Shown here one piece after another: positions 28,357-40,000 of a DNA stretch of 64,000 nt; position 1 is the stretch's first letter; each line of letters begins with the position of its first letter. Source of the stretch: Seison nebaliae (lineage: Eukaryota); the NCBI GenBank assembly GCA_023231475.1, contig JALJEE010002741.1, positions 1-64,000 of the forward strand. Direction: 5' to 3'. The notes below the pieces were generated by a model that was given only the letters and a program-made list of their open reading frames with translations, did not search any database and was not told where the DNA came from. The translations under genes and the position numbers were made by a program.

Positions 28357-30191
28357 TATTTCCTTTTATTTTCTCATATGATTATCTAGTAAATATACAA
28401 GAAGAAGATATGATTGATTTGTTAGAATTATTCGGAGATTGTCTAATAATTCGTTTCGAATGGTGGAGACAATGAAAAATGAATAAAAATCATTTCAAAA
28501 AACGATAAAGAGAACAATTTCTTTCAGTTACTTTCTCTCGAATATTAAACACTTTTTTTGGTTTTCCTCATAAAAAAGTAACTCATTTAAGAAACCGCTC
28601 CCATCGCTAATCTTCATAACTTACAAACCAAACCGGTTCAACGAACGTCATATTCGATTACTATTTTCGAGTCATCGAAAAGAAATTAGTAGTTATAATC
28701 ATCATTCAACAACAACTGATGACGCACATCATTCAAGAGTGATTAGCAGTAAGAAAAAGGATGAATATCGAATTTTTTGTTTAATCAACTTACTCATTTT
28801 CCTTCTTTTCTCACCATAACAAACATAAAGTTTCAATCATAAAGAAATGTTTATGATGATTGTTGTTATGACGAATGGGAAGGAATAAGAAGATAGAGAG
28901 GACGTCGAATGCGAATGAATATCATTGAGAAGAAATGAAGTGTAACCGAACGCCTACTATGGGAAGTTGAATAGAAATTGAAATTGAGAAATGACGAACG
29001 TTGTCAATTGGGAGTCTCTTACTACTTAATCTGAACAATTGGGAAGAAAGAAGAAGAAGATGAAGACAACAGAGAGAAGAGAAACGCCATTGGAAATTCC
29101 CTTCATCAATATTTGGATGGATAAGAAAAACGAATAGATTCGATGCATTCGTCGTTAAAATACGATTAGTTTCATAATTGCTTAACTTTCTGATCCACTC
29201 ATTTATCCGCCTCAACTTTCTCTGACAGAGAGGGAAAACATCTTTTTGAGAAACACAAAAAATTCATTTTCTAAACATACAACTTCATCCATTGATTGAT
29301 GATGGACATACATGCGCTACAATTGATTGGTCGAATTGTTGATGAATTCGGTTAACTTAGATGATATGCCGTCATGAAAACGATGTTCAAACGAAAGTGC
29401 TCCTTCCTAAACACATTCACATCAAAATAAATTGATAAAAATAAAAGTCAGTTATTATTCTTACTCTTCTCTACTATTTTTCAATGAGAGAGAACATCCA
29501 GGTAAATGGTAGAATATACGGAAAGTATTTGATTGATTATTTCTCTTTTAATCTTTCTGATATTATTTGTGAGAATATTTGGTGTAGTTGAAGGAAGATG
29601 GAGAAGAAGATGTTTAGGAAAAGAATTGCTCCATTTGAAATGTGTCAAAACGATTACTTGTTCCCTCAGATATCTCCTTTTACTATTCGCAATTTGTTGA
29701 TGAATAATATATTCAACTAACTTCTAGAAAGCAAACTATTCCAATCAAAACAAATTTCTTTTGTTCTAAACTTCCTTCGATTTCTCGTTTGAATGGAGAA
29801 GGTAAATTTATTTCGAATAATGACCACACCTTATATTATCGGAAATATTTGCGTAATCATCTCACACGAACGAAAGAAGACAATAGAACAGTTTCTTATT
29901 TGATGATGATATTTTACTTCTTCCAAAATTTCCGTTAAATAGAAGAAAGAAGATAATCTTTGTCGATTTAAAAATTCGATCGGCAAAGATCGTCCTATTT
30001 CACAAGTTTTCTTAATTAATAACGCTGATGCATTCATTGGCGACGAGTGATGAAGAATATTTTATTCGATTCAATGAAAACAAAAGAGAAAGAAGATTTT
30101 TCGGAAGATTATGATTCGTAACTGAAACACATCGATAGTTGTCATATTTTATTCGACGAGTTCATTTGTTTCGGTTGATGAAATGATGGTT

Positions 30192-32676
30192 TTATTGAAA
30201 GATTCGACTCATATTTCTCCACGTTACCGTCAGAACACTCAACAAGATCGGACCAATAATAATTCCTTCGATGCCGAATATGTAGAGACCGCTAGCGAAC
30301 GATAATCCAACTAGATATGGATGATGATGATCACCGATCTGAAAATAAAAAGTATTGTCCACAAACAATGTTGGGAGGATGTGAACGATAAAGAACATGA
30401 TTGCACCAAATCCATTCTTCCTTATTAACCAAATCTCTAGAACTCCAGGAAGACAAACCCAATAGGTGCCGATCATTGGACAAACTGATAAGACAGTTGC
30501 CAAAATTGTTGGGAAAAAAATGAGTTGAAGATCAATTAACGAATGTGTCAACCAAGTGAACAATGCATAAAATGTTCCCATTTTTAAGAGAGTAGTAAAT
30601 ATTCCTGATATTGATCGTTGTATTTGATAGAGGAAACTTTCTGGGTCATTCCGTTGATTATTCCACCATTCTCTCAACATATTATTCAACGAACAATTTT
30701 TTTCATCCGATTTCATTTTTTCATATTGAATATTATCAATTAATCCATTCGATAATCCGAAAAGATGCCAATAAACTAATAAATAATAAACTGCTGTCAA
30801 ATAAACAATGAACGATACAAGAAAATTGATGATCGCTGTTGATGATGAGAGGATGATATAAATCAATGTAATGATGAGAGATGAAAGAAATTCGATATTC
30901 AATTTCATCAATTTCCAGCTCGATTGAATTAGTGAACGAAAAACTTCATAATTCTCATTAATTATTCCCGATTTCTTCCAATTCAAAACACTGAATAATT
31001 CGTCTTTCATTGAGAAAAAGATTGAATTGAAATTTCTCGTCCACATAATGGACTTGTGAGAGATGTGATAAATATTTTGATGATTTTTCAGTTTCACCGA
31101 ATATGGTCCAGAAATATCTGTATCATATATTTGACGCTCTTTTTCCGTCGTATATAATTGGAGGATAATGTAATCATAGAGACGATCCCAAATGATCAAT
31201 AATCGATGTTCAATAAGATTGATTTCTGTCTGATTTTCCGTGTGAAGAAAATTCCTTAACTGAAACATAAAATTTAAATAATAAATTAATTAAAATAATA
31301 TATTTAAAAGTTCTCACTTGATTACCCAGATATGATCTACCATATGTATGGATTTGATCAACGACGTTTGAGATTATGTCAGTCACATTCGACTCCTTCG
31401 GTAGTAGAGATTCGACGAATGAATTATTTTTGATTCCTTCATTGATGACATTACTGCTAAAAATGATAACTTCGCCTGTTTCACGATGAATCTGATTTTT
31501 GAAAGAAATATTTTTAATTAAAATTATATGAAAGAACAAAAGGAACATGGAAAGCAGCAAAAATCCCAATGATTAAAATGAAGAGCAACATTGAAATAAT
31601 GAGAAAGATTGAGATGACATGAAGAAGAAATGATTTCCTCAATTTCTTCGCAATTGCATAATTAATTTTCGTATGAAATTCATCGATTCCATTAAAGAAA
31701 TTTATGACACCTGGATAATTCCTGGAGAATAATATTAATGAAATTTGAAATGAATTATTGAGAGAAAAAAAACGATTAACCAAATTGAAAAAAAAGAAAA
31801 TAAATTTTGAAAAATTGATTGATTGAAAATATATTGAAAGAATGTCCGTAATACATTACCGATCATAATGACGATAAATGTACCGATTGAGATGGCGAGG
31901 ACGTAGAAGAGGAAAGGTTCCGACCAGAAATTAAAACTCAAATAAAGAAGAAATAATTGTTTAATATAATTGGTTGTAAGAGTTCCATTCGACGATTTAT
32001 TAATATGTTCGCTTTTATTCTTCTCCAATTTATTATGTTGATCATTTTGTTTGTTATACAGAAAACTGGTGAATAATCCGAGTAAAGTTGCAAGAATTAA
32101 GTTCTGATTCATTTCAACAAAGAAACATGACAAAGTAAAAAGAATGACATTGAAGGAAAGGAGAAGATTGATGAGGAAATCATAATCTTTCAATAATTGT
32201 CCAATGATAAGACCAATGAATATGAGAACGGATAAAACGACGATATTATGTTTCACAATAATTTCTTCATAAAGATAATGATAATCGTGAGCGAAGATTG
32301 TCAGTGTCACCGATAGAAATGGGAAGTAAAAGAAAATTGATAAGATTTCTTTCCAAAACTTTCGACCTTTCCTAAATAAGAAGGTCGTTGTAATCACATC
32401 GTTGCACAATGAGTAGATATTATAGAAGATAGTTGAAGCATTATTCTCTTCCACTTCCATTAATATTGATCGAAGATAATAATAAATTTTTGTTTTCAAT
32501 TGTTGTAAGACGAAAGCGGTTAAAAGTGAAAAGATGAGTGGTCGAATAAATAATTGGAAGACATAGATGACTCCATATAATAAGAGGCAAAATAAAACCG
32601 TTCCACACAAATAGAGACAATTGTAAAAAGCAAAAATTGAGGCGTCCACATTTCCTTTGATTAACATTTGTTCCAT
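30192..32676 (-). CDS. TMEM245: Transmembrane protein 245 (AI-2E family-like); introns 31722-31780, 31492-31546 and 31260-31317
   Basis: Multi-TM protein with KMGTFYALFTWLTH, PMIGTYWVCLPG and HPYLVGLSFASG...GIEGIIIGPILL motifs typical of TMEM245. Confidence 0.88.
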
Positions 32677-32994
32677 CTCCTTCTCAACTATCGAATTTCA
32701 ATGAAAATAAGTGTCTTATGAGGAAGTATTATGAAAATAAGCAAAATCGATCACTACACATCATTCGATCAATCAATTATTGATTTTATCTAAAATATCG
32801 ATCTAATAATGGGAAGAAGAGAAATGAAAATAAAAAATTTAAAAAAAAATTTTCAATTAGTTTTTGTTTTATATAATAAAGAAATTATGAGAAATTCAAC
32901 AAAAAAAATATATCATAAATTTCATTTCGTAAAGGAAAGTAAATAATTCCACTTCACAATTTTAACAAGAACCATAAGGATGAAAATAATTTAA

Positions 32995-35085
32995 TTATTC
33001 CCATTCAGTTGTACCTGGCGGCTTATTAGTTAGATCGTAGAGGACATTGGAAATTCCGGGAACATTCTTCAATTTTTCGAAAATATTTTTGATTGTTTTG
33101 GCTGGAACGTGTACTCCAGGTTGTGCTGCGATTCCTGTCATGAAATCTTTGGTCACCAGTGGTCTAATGGCGACAGTACGACCGCCAATTAATTCTTCTG
33201 TTACTGGTTGCATGATATTAATTGGTAAGAGTACTACTGGCATTTGAGCAATATCTCCACATGATTTCCATCCATCTGCAAATAATTCTCCAGTAGCAAC
33301 TCGATCACATTCACGTGCTAAATTGATGATTTCTGGTTTGAGTGTTGTAGGTATAACATATTTGACAGACATTGCATCACTTCGACTTCCAAAGAGGAAT
33401 GTCACTCGATTAATTCGAGAACAAATTCTACAAATGATTTTGGCTAAATTCATCAATTCATACCAATCGATTTCTTCACGATTCTTATTATTATGAGATA
33501 AAACGGCCACATATGAATAAGTTCGTTCATCACCTTGTACTCCTACCGTTCGAATTGGTAATAATGTCGTCAAATAAATAGATTCGTTCGATTTCTCATC
33601 ATACAATTTGGAAAGAAAATCAATTTCACTTTCATTCAATTTCCCTACAAACTCCTCCACCAATTTCGGCCATTTAATTCGAAATTCCCAAAATTCTGCA
33701 ATCTTCCTCAATCTCTCACTCGTCTTAAAAAACACATCTTTCTCGATGAACGGTTGTTGTGCACATAAGATCCGAATAGCTAAACCAGGACCAGGAAATG
33801 GATGTCGATTCACCAGATCTAATGGAAGTTTCAACGATTTCCCCAATTCTCTCACTTCGTCTTTGTGCAAATTCTTCAATGGTTCAATGACTCGATTCTT
33901 TTTCCGTAATTCTCGCACTAATTGACTGTCATTGTGATGAGTTTTAATTTTAGATGTCTTCTCATTTGTGGTGGCTAAAATGGAAGCGGATTCAATGAGA
34001 TCCGGTCTCAATGTTCCTTGAGCGAGAATAATGTCGGACAACATCAAATTATTCTTTGCGAGATAATTGAAAATATATTGTATGAATACATCTCCAATAA
34101 TATTCCGTTTATGTTCCGGATCGATGGTGTTACACAACATCTCTGTTTCCATAGTAACATTATATCCATTCTCTGTTTCGAAGTTCTTATCGACGAATTT
34201 GGATTGTAAGAAGAAATTCATACATTTCAAATGATCGATCTTCTCACAGAAATCTAATTCTCTTAATGATTTCATGACAAGTTCACTTTCATTATGTCTC
34301 ATGAATCCATGATCGATATGCACAGCCATAATATTCTCTTTGCCCAATGCTTTACTTAAGATTGCGCACGTAACTGTCGAATCAACACCACCACTTAATA
34401 GTACTAAAACTTTCTTTGGTTTCGGTAGAATGGTTTGATATTCTTGTCGAATCTCTTCGCATAATCCATCAATATTTATCTTCTCATCGAAATCTGATGC
34501 ATTACAATGACAGATTGAAATGAGGAAATTATTAAAAATTTTATTTCCAACTGTCGTCAATTGACTTTCCGGATGGAATTGTAAACCATAATGAGGTAAA
34601 TGTAAATGTTTCATGGCGAGCACTTTCTCCATACTCCTCGTTGATACAACGTCGATTCTTTCAAATAATTTCTCATTAATCGATCTCACCGAATCGGAAT
34701 GAGTTAATAGAACGTCGATCTCTTTTGTTGGAATATTTTTAAATAATTCATTTTCATTATCGATCAATATTGAACGTTGTCCATCATCACGAGATAATTC
34801 GCTCGTTACTTCTCCTCCAGACATTTTCGCGAGAAGTTGATGTCCGAAACAAATTCCCAGAATTGGAATATTCTCTTCAAACAAACTTTTATCGACTTCA
34901 ATCTTGTCGTTCACAGAACCTGGCCCACCACTAATAACGATTCCACAATATTCTTTCAACTTTTCCAATTTGGTTTCTAACGGAAAAACATCATAATTGA
35001 CATGTTCTTCTCTTATTCGTCTTTCGATCATTCCACGATATTGTGCACCAGCATCCAAAATAGCGATTTTCCCATTCTTTTTCAT
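32995..35085 (-). CDS. GMPS: GMP synthase (glutamine-hydrolysing), intronless
   Basis: ILDAGAQY, PILGICFG, QFHPE, SGGVDS, QGTLRPDLIES, KIKTHHN, RHPFPGPGL and C-terminal KPPGTTEWE. Confidence 0.97.
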   Translation of the reverse strand: MKKNGKIAILDAGAQYRGMIERRIREEHVNYDVFPLETKLEKLKEYCGIVISGGPGSVNDKIEVDKSLFEENIPILGICFGHQLLAKMSGGEVTSELSRDDGQRSILIDNENELFKNIPTKEIDVLLTHSDSVRSINEKLFERIDVVSTRSMEKVLAMKHLHLPHYGLQFHPESQLTTVGNKIFNNFLISICHCNASDFDEKINIDGLCEEIRQEYQTILPKPKKVLVLLSGGVDSTVTCAILSKALGKENIMAVHIDHGFMRHNESELVMKSLRELDFCEKIDHLKCMNFFLQSKFVDKNFETENGYNVTMETEMLCNTIDPEHKRNIIGDVFIQYIFNYLAKNNLMLSDIILAQGTLRPDLIESASILATTNEKTSKIKTHHNDSQLVRELRKKNRVIEPLKNLHKDEVRELGKSLKLPLDLVNRHPFPGPGLAIRILCAQQPFIEKDVFFKTSERLRKIAEFWEFRIKWPKLVEEFVGKLNESEIDFLSKLYDEKSNESIYLTTLLPIRTVGVQGDERTYSYVAVLSHNNKNREEIDWYELMNLAKIICRICSRINRVTFLFGSRSDAMSVKYVIPTTLKPEIINLARECDRVATGELFADGWKSCGDIAQMPVVLLPINIMQPVTEELIGGRTVAIRPLVTKDFMTGIAAQPGVHVPAKTIKNIFEKLKNVPGISNVLYDLTNKPPGTTEWE

Positions 35086-35514
35086 TCTCTTTCTCTGAAT
35101 TGAAAAGATTGAAAAAATTAAATTCCTAGTAAATAACGCTAAAAAGTCGGAGAGAAATTAATGACAAGAGAAAGTTTTTTGTTAATTTGAAAAATGAATA
35201 TTTTTCAAGAATGTCTTTTTTTTTTCATTCAATCTTATTTCAATAATACTTATTTTTCAATTGATCACACTACTCATCTTTTTTTCTATGGATGATGAAC
35301 TTAAAAAAGAGTTTTGTAAACTGGAGAAATCCAATTTTTTTTATTGTTTCTTCGTTTTTGTGTATTAATGAAATTAATGTGTAATATGATGAAAGAAATA
35401 ATAATTCCATTATTTTTTTCAAATGACAAATTATTTTGGATTTTTTCAATTTTTTAAGATTATTTATGATTTATTTAATGATTTGAAGAGAAAGCTTTTG
35501 AAGTTGTGAGGAAT
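35086..35514. promoter_or_regulatory. Probable bidirectional promoter (GMPS / POLR1C)
   Basis: Divergent genes are separated by about 430 bp of very AT-rich sequence. Confidence 0.45.
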
Positions 35515-37002
35515 ATGCACGTGCCGAACGATGTTGTCCGACAAAAGAGCGATGTACTTATTACCGAACATGGAGTTGAGGATGTTAATATTTTTATTGA
35601 ATTCAATTCATTATCAATCCATTCGATCAATTATAGACTCATTCGTCAAATATGCCGAATAATTTTGATCCATCGATAGACAAAGATCCGATAAATTTGG
35701 GGAAAGGATTTGACTTGTCTCGATTTAAAGAACAAATTACTATTAGCAGATTGAAAGAGTATGAAAGTGAAGATGGAAAAGAAATCCAATTCTTCTTGAA
35801 AGGATTAGAACCTGGATTTGTCAATGCTCTTCGTCGTATTATTCTTGTTGATGTTCACATCATTCATTTATCTGAATTCCATTGAAATTATTTTCATTTT
35901 TTAGTTGCCATCAATGGCAATCGATAAAGTTCTGATGTATCAGAATACTTCAGTATTGTCCGATGGAATATTATGTCATCGATTGGGATTAATTCCGTTT
36001 GAAGCGAATCCAGATGATTTCGAATTTAGATCTGATCCATCTTCCATCGGTTATTTTATTTCCATTTATATTTTAGGAAGTTATTCAAATTCCATTAAAA
36101 TTTATAGAATTAAAAGAGAATGAAGGAGTCAAATTCAAATTACAAGTGAAATGTTCATGGAAATTGAAGAAGGAAGACAGGAAAAATCTTTCAAATTCAA
36201 CTCCTGTCGATGATGCTTTCAAAGATTCCAATAGTTATAATTTCCATTCTTTCTCAATTTTAAAAACTCGTTTCCATTTTAGTTTATAGTTCACATTTTA
36301 AATGGGTGCCAATTGGGAAACAAAATGAAAAAGTTTAATTTTTTTTTCAAAAAAACATTTAAATTATTTTATTTTCAGTTCAAAGAAAAAGATGTCGGTC
36401 CGATCGATGGAGATATTCTTCTCAATAAATTAAGACCAGGACAAGTTTATTTTACAATTTAATTTATTAAGACACATTTCTCTTGAAGGAGATCGATTGT
36501 GAAGTTTTGGTTGTGAAAGGAATTGGGAAAGATCATGCGAAATTTTCTCCTGTAGGTTTCTTTCGAATTGCATTTGAAATTCTATAAAAATTCTTAACAA
36601 ATAGGAACCGTATATTATCGAATGTTGCCCGACATTAAATTATTACGTCCAATATTGAATGATGATGCTGAGACGGTGAAGAAATCATTTTCAAAAGGAG
36701 TTATCGGAATAAAAAAGAATATTCAGGGCGATAAAGAAGCTTTTGTTATAGATGCATCATTGGATAGATGTTCAAGAGAGATATTCAAAGATAAATCATT
36801 GTCAAATGCTGTCGAATATACGAGAAGAAGATATGAAGTAATATTCTCCATTGAATCTGTTGGACCGAAGAAATCAGCCGAATTATTCGTTGATTCATTA
36901 AATTTTCTGATAAACAAATGTAATAATATGTTGAATGTTATAAAGAAGAAGAAAGAATTCCGTTCTCATAAGAGCGATGTCATGCACGAAGATGATAAAT
37001 GA
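35515..37002 (+). CDS. POLR1C: RNA polymerase I/III subunit RPAC1 (AC40). Seven introns: 35584-35636, 35853-35904, 36050-36107, 36234-36282, 36333-36378, 36445-36488, 36556-36604. Start tentative
   Basis: NALRRIILVD|LPSMAI, HRLGLIP, KLRPGQ|EI, KGIGKDHAKFSPV|GT, YRMLPDI, FSIESVG. All junctions restore the conserved frame. Confidence 0.94.
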
Positions 37003-37071
37003 ATAATATATTTCTTAATTGTAAATTTTTTCTTAATTGTCTCTAACAATTTTCCATTTCTTTCCCATAGA

Positions 37072-40000
37072 CATGTCTTCTTTAGGTGATCAATTGAAGA
37101 AGTTGGCATTGCCGCAAGTGGTGGAGAGATTCAATTTCGATAAATTGAGAAAATCTTTCTTATTCGACAAAGAGAAAATATCGAAATTTGATGGAAATGC
37201 ATTGTTGTCTATCGGTCGAAATGGTTTCGACGAATTGTTGGAAGTGAATAAGAAAGATTTTATTGAATTTGAAAATCTCTTCGAATCGAGTACACTCCGA
37301 ATGGAGAATAGATTGAAATTATCCAAGAAAGAAAATAAGAAATTAGATAAGAAATTGAATAAATTAATCATTGGATTGACGGATTATTTCCAAGAGAAAT
37401 ATACTCATCGAATTATTGAATGGTTAATTTATAAATTCTCAATTCATTATTTTAATGTTGATGCATTGATCACGATGTCTCTATCATATCATCAAACGAG
37501 TTTATTCATTCGATTAATTCAAGTCATTTTCCCAGTCGATACGAAACGTCAAATCGAACAGAAATCATTTGCATCTCTTGAATATCTCCAAAATTGGTTA
37601 TGGATGAATGATCTAATTGCTGATTCTCAAATAATTCATCGCTCATTAATCACGAAAGAATTAATAAATAATCGAATTTTCTTCGAACAATTCCTTCAAA
37701 ATTTCATTGGAAATATTCATCGATCACCAACAATTGCCAAATTTGTTTACGTGTCCATCGTTTCAATTATTGAAGAATTAAGAGGTATGACCACTGAGAA
37801 AACCGACTATAAAATGTTAACGGAATTAACTGTTCATCTGATGGAGAAATATGAGAATATGATGGAATCGGAACAAAACATTACCGATATCAAATCAATA
37901 ATTTATATGAATAATTTCTTACAATTAATTAATTTCCATAATAAGATTAAATATGGGAATATCTTTAAATTTTATCAAGAAATCATTCTACAAACGAACG
38001 AAATAGATAATCATATTATCGATTATTTATCAATGTTCTTTTTGAAAGCGAAATGGAAGATTGATAATGAATCATCATATTGTTGTTTCTTCCATTATTT
38101 AGAAGAAAATCGGAAGAAAAAGAAAACCTTCGAATCAATAAAAAATCTCTTAAATTGTTTAATGGAAAACTTTTCAAGCAATTTATTAGAAATGATTAAT
38201 GAAATTAAATTAGAAACACGAAAACCATTTTCATCATTTCTCATTCATTATTCTCTTCGTCATCTTTCATCAAATCATGAAGTAATTTCCAATATTATGA
38301 ACGATTGTATGCGATGGATGAAAGTGGACAAGAACATCTCAATTTTCATCGTCACTCTCATTGTTGAAAATTTAACTGATGATAATTTGAAAATAAAGAC
38401 AATTGAGAAATTACTTCATTTTGGTGAACAATCGTCATTGGAGTGTTCGGAATATTTTGATAAAACGATAATCATAGGAAAATATGATGGAAAGATTCGA
38501 AGAATGTTATTGAAAATGAAAAAATGTCTCAAATACGAAAATTTATCGGAAGAAAATGAATTGCCAATTTATCTAGCGATTAATCATCAATCCATTGCTA
38601 TTCGTCAAGAAGCAATAAGAAAAATATTGGAAACATTCGAAGAAGAAGAGGAATATGATTTGGAAGAGATTATTGATATTTTCAAAAAAAACAAGTCAAT
38701 TTTCCATCAAACCGTTTTACGGAAAAGTTTTGTGCAAAATATGAAATATTCATTTCTTCAAAAATTTCATGAGAAAGATCTAATTTTTCTTTTTAATCAA
38801 TTAATTATTTCTTGTGAGAATGACGAGAAGAATGTGTCTCAAAATGAAGTGAGTATCATCGAGAAATGGTTGGAGAAGTTGAAGGAGGAGAATCATGAAT
38901 TAAATGAAAGCGTTCTCAATTTCTTATTAATTCAATTTAATTGTTATGGAAATGATGATAAAATATATTCGGATGAGAATGTCAAACAAATGAAATTTGA
39001 AAATGATGAATTAAAAGAATTTATTAAAGGACCATTAATAATGATTGGTAAATCGGAAAGAATGATAAAAATCGTTCGAATAATTATTTCTGATAAAGAA
39101 TGGATGATCGATATATTCATCAACATGGTAGATAATGAAAAGATGGCAATGATAAATTTCTTGAGAGAAATATCGAAATTAATAGGGAAATTGATTGAAA
39201 TTGAAGAAACGGAAATATTGCCATTATGTACGATATTAACGAAGCAGATGGAGAAACATTTTATTTTCAGGGATTTATTGGAAGAAATTTTAACAAATTG
39301 TATAACGAATAAAATATACGAGAAATTTATTAAAGATTTTGTAATGAGTTCACTTGTCGTTTGTGAAGATATTATACCAGAATATTATTATTCCATACAA
39401 TTATCAATCATGGACATTCTAATAAATGTTGGTCCTTGGGATTGTGTGGAGAAAAATCGAATTTTGGATTATCTTTTCCTCCTCGGTGCAACGAAGAAGA
39501 CATCGAAGGAAATTTGTAGAAAGTTCTTATTGACAATCATCAAAGATTCTTCTGAAAATGAAGCATTACAATTAATGGTACGATCGATTCGGAAAGAATC
39601 AGAACCGGAGAAAGTAATGATGGATTATATGAATTTCATCCGGAAACATGACTCGGTGGATGATAAAGAAATTTTTAGAAAAATATTTCATATGTCCAAT
39701 AATAATATTCGATTATTCAAATTTTTCCTCCAATACATCCAACAATCGAAAAGTAAAGCGATAACTCATCTAATTTTCAAATATTGTGAAGGACAACTGG
39801 ATCGATTGGAAGATGGAGAGAATAATATCTTGAAATATTACGCAGAAGAAATTCGTAATAAATTGCGAATAATTTACTTATATTTGCATCATAATATTTT
39901 GAGAAATAAACATATTATTCGAAAATCTCAATTAGCGAGCAATTACATCAATAAATTAATAACAATTCATTATAATAATTCTTCAATCGTAAATAAATCG

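Noticed and set aside
28357..30191. Hox-associated microRNA (miR-10/miR-993) or an snRNA/SL RNA gene
   Set aside because: No matching mature sequence or U1-like 5' end was seen by eye; a covariance-model search is needed to exclude them.
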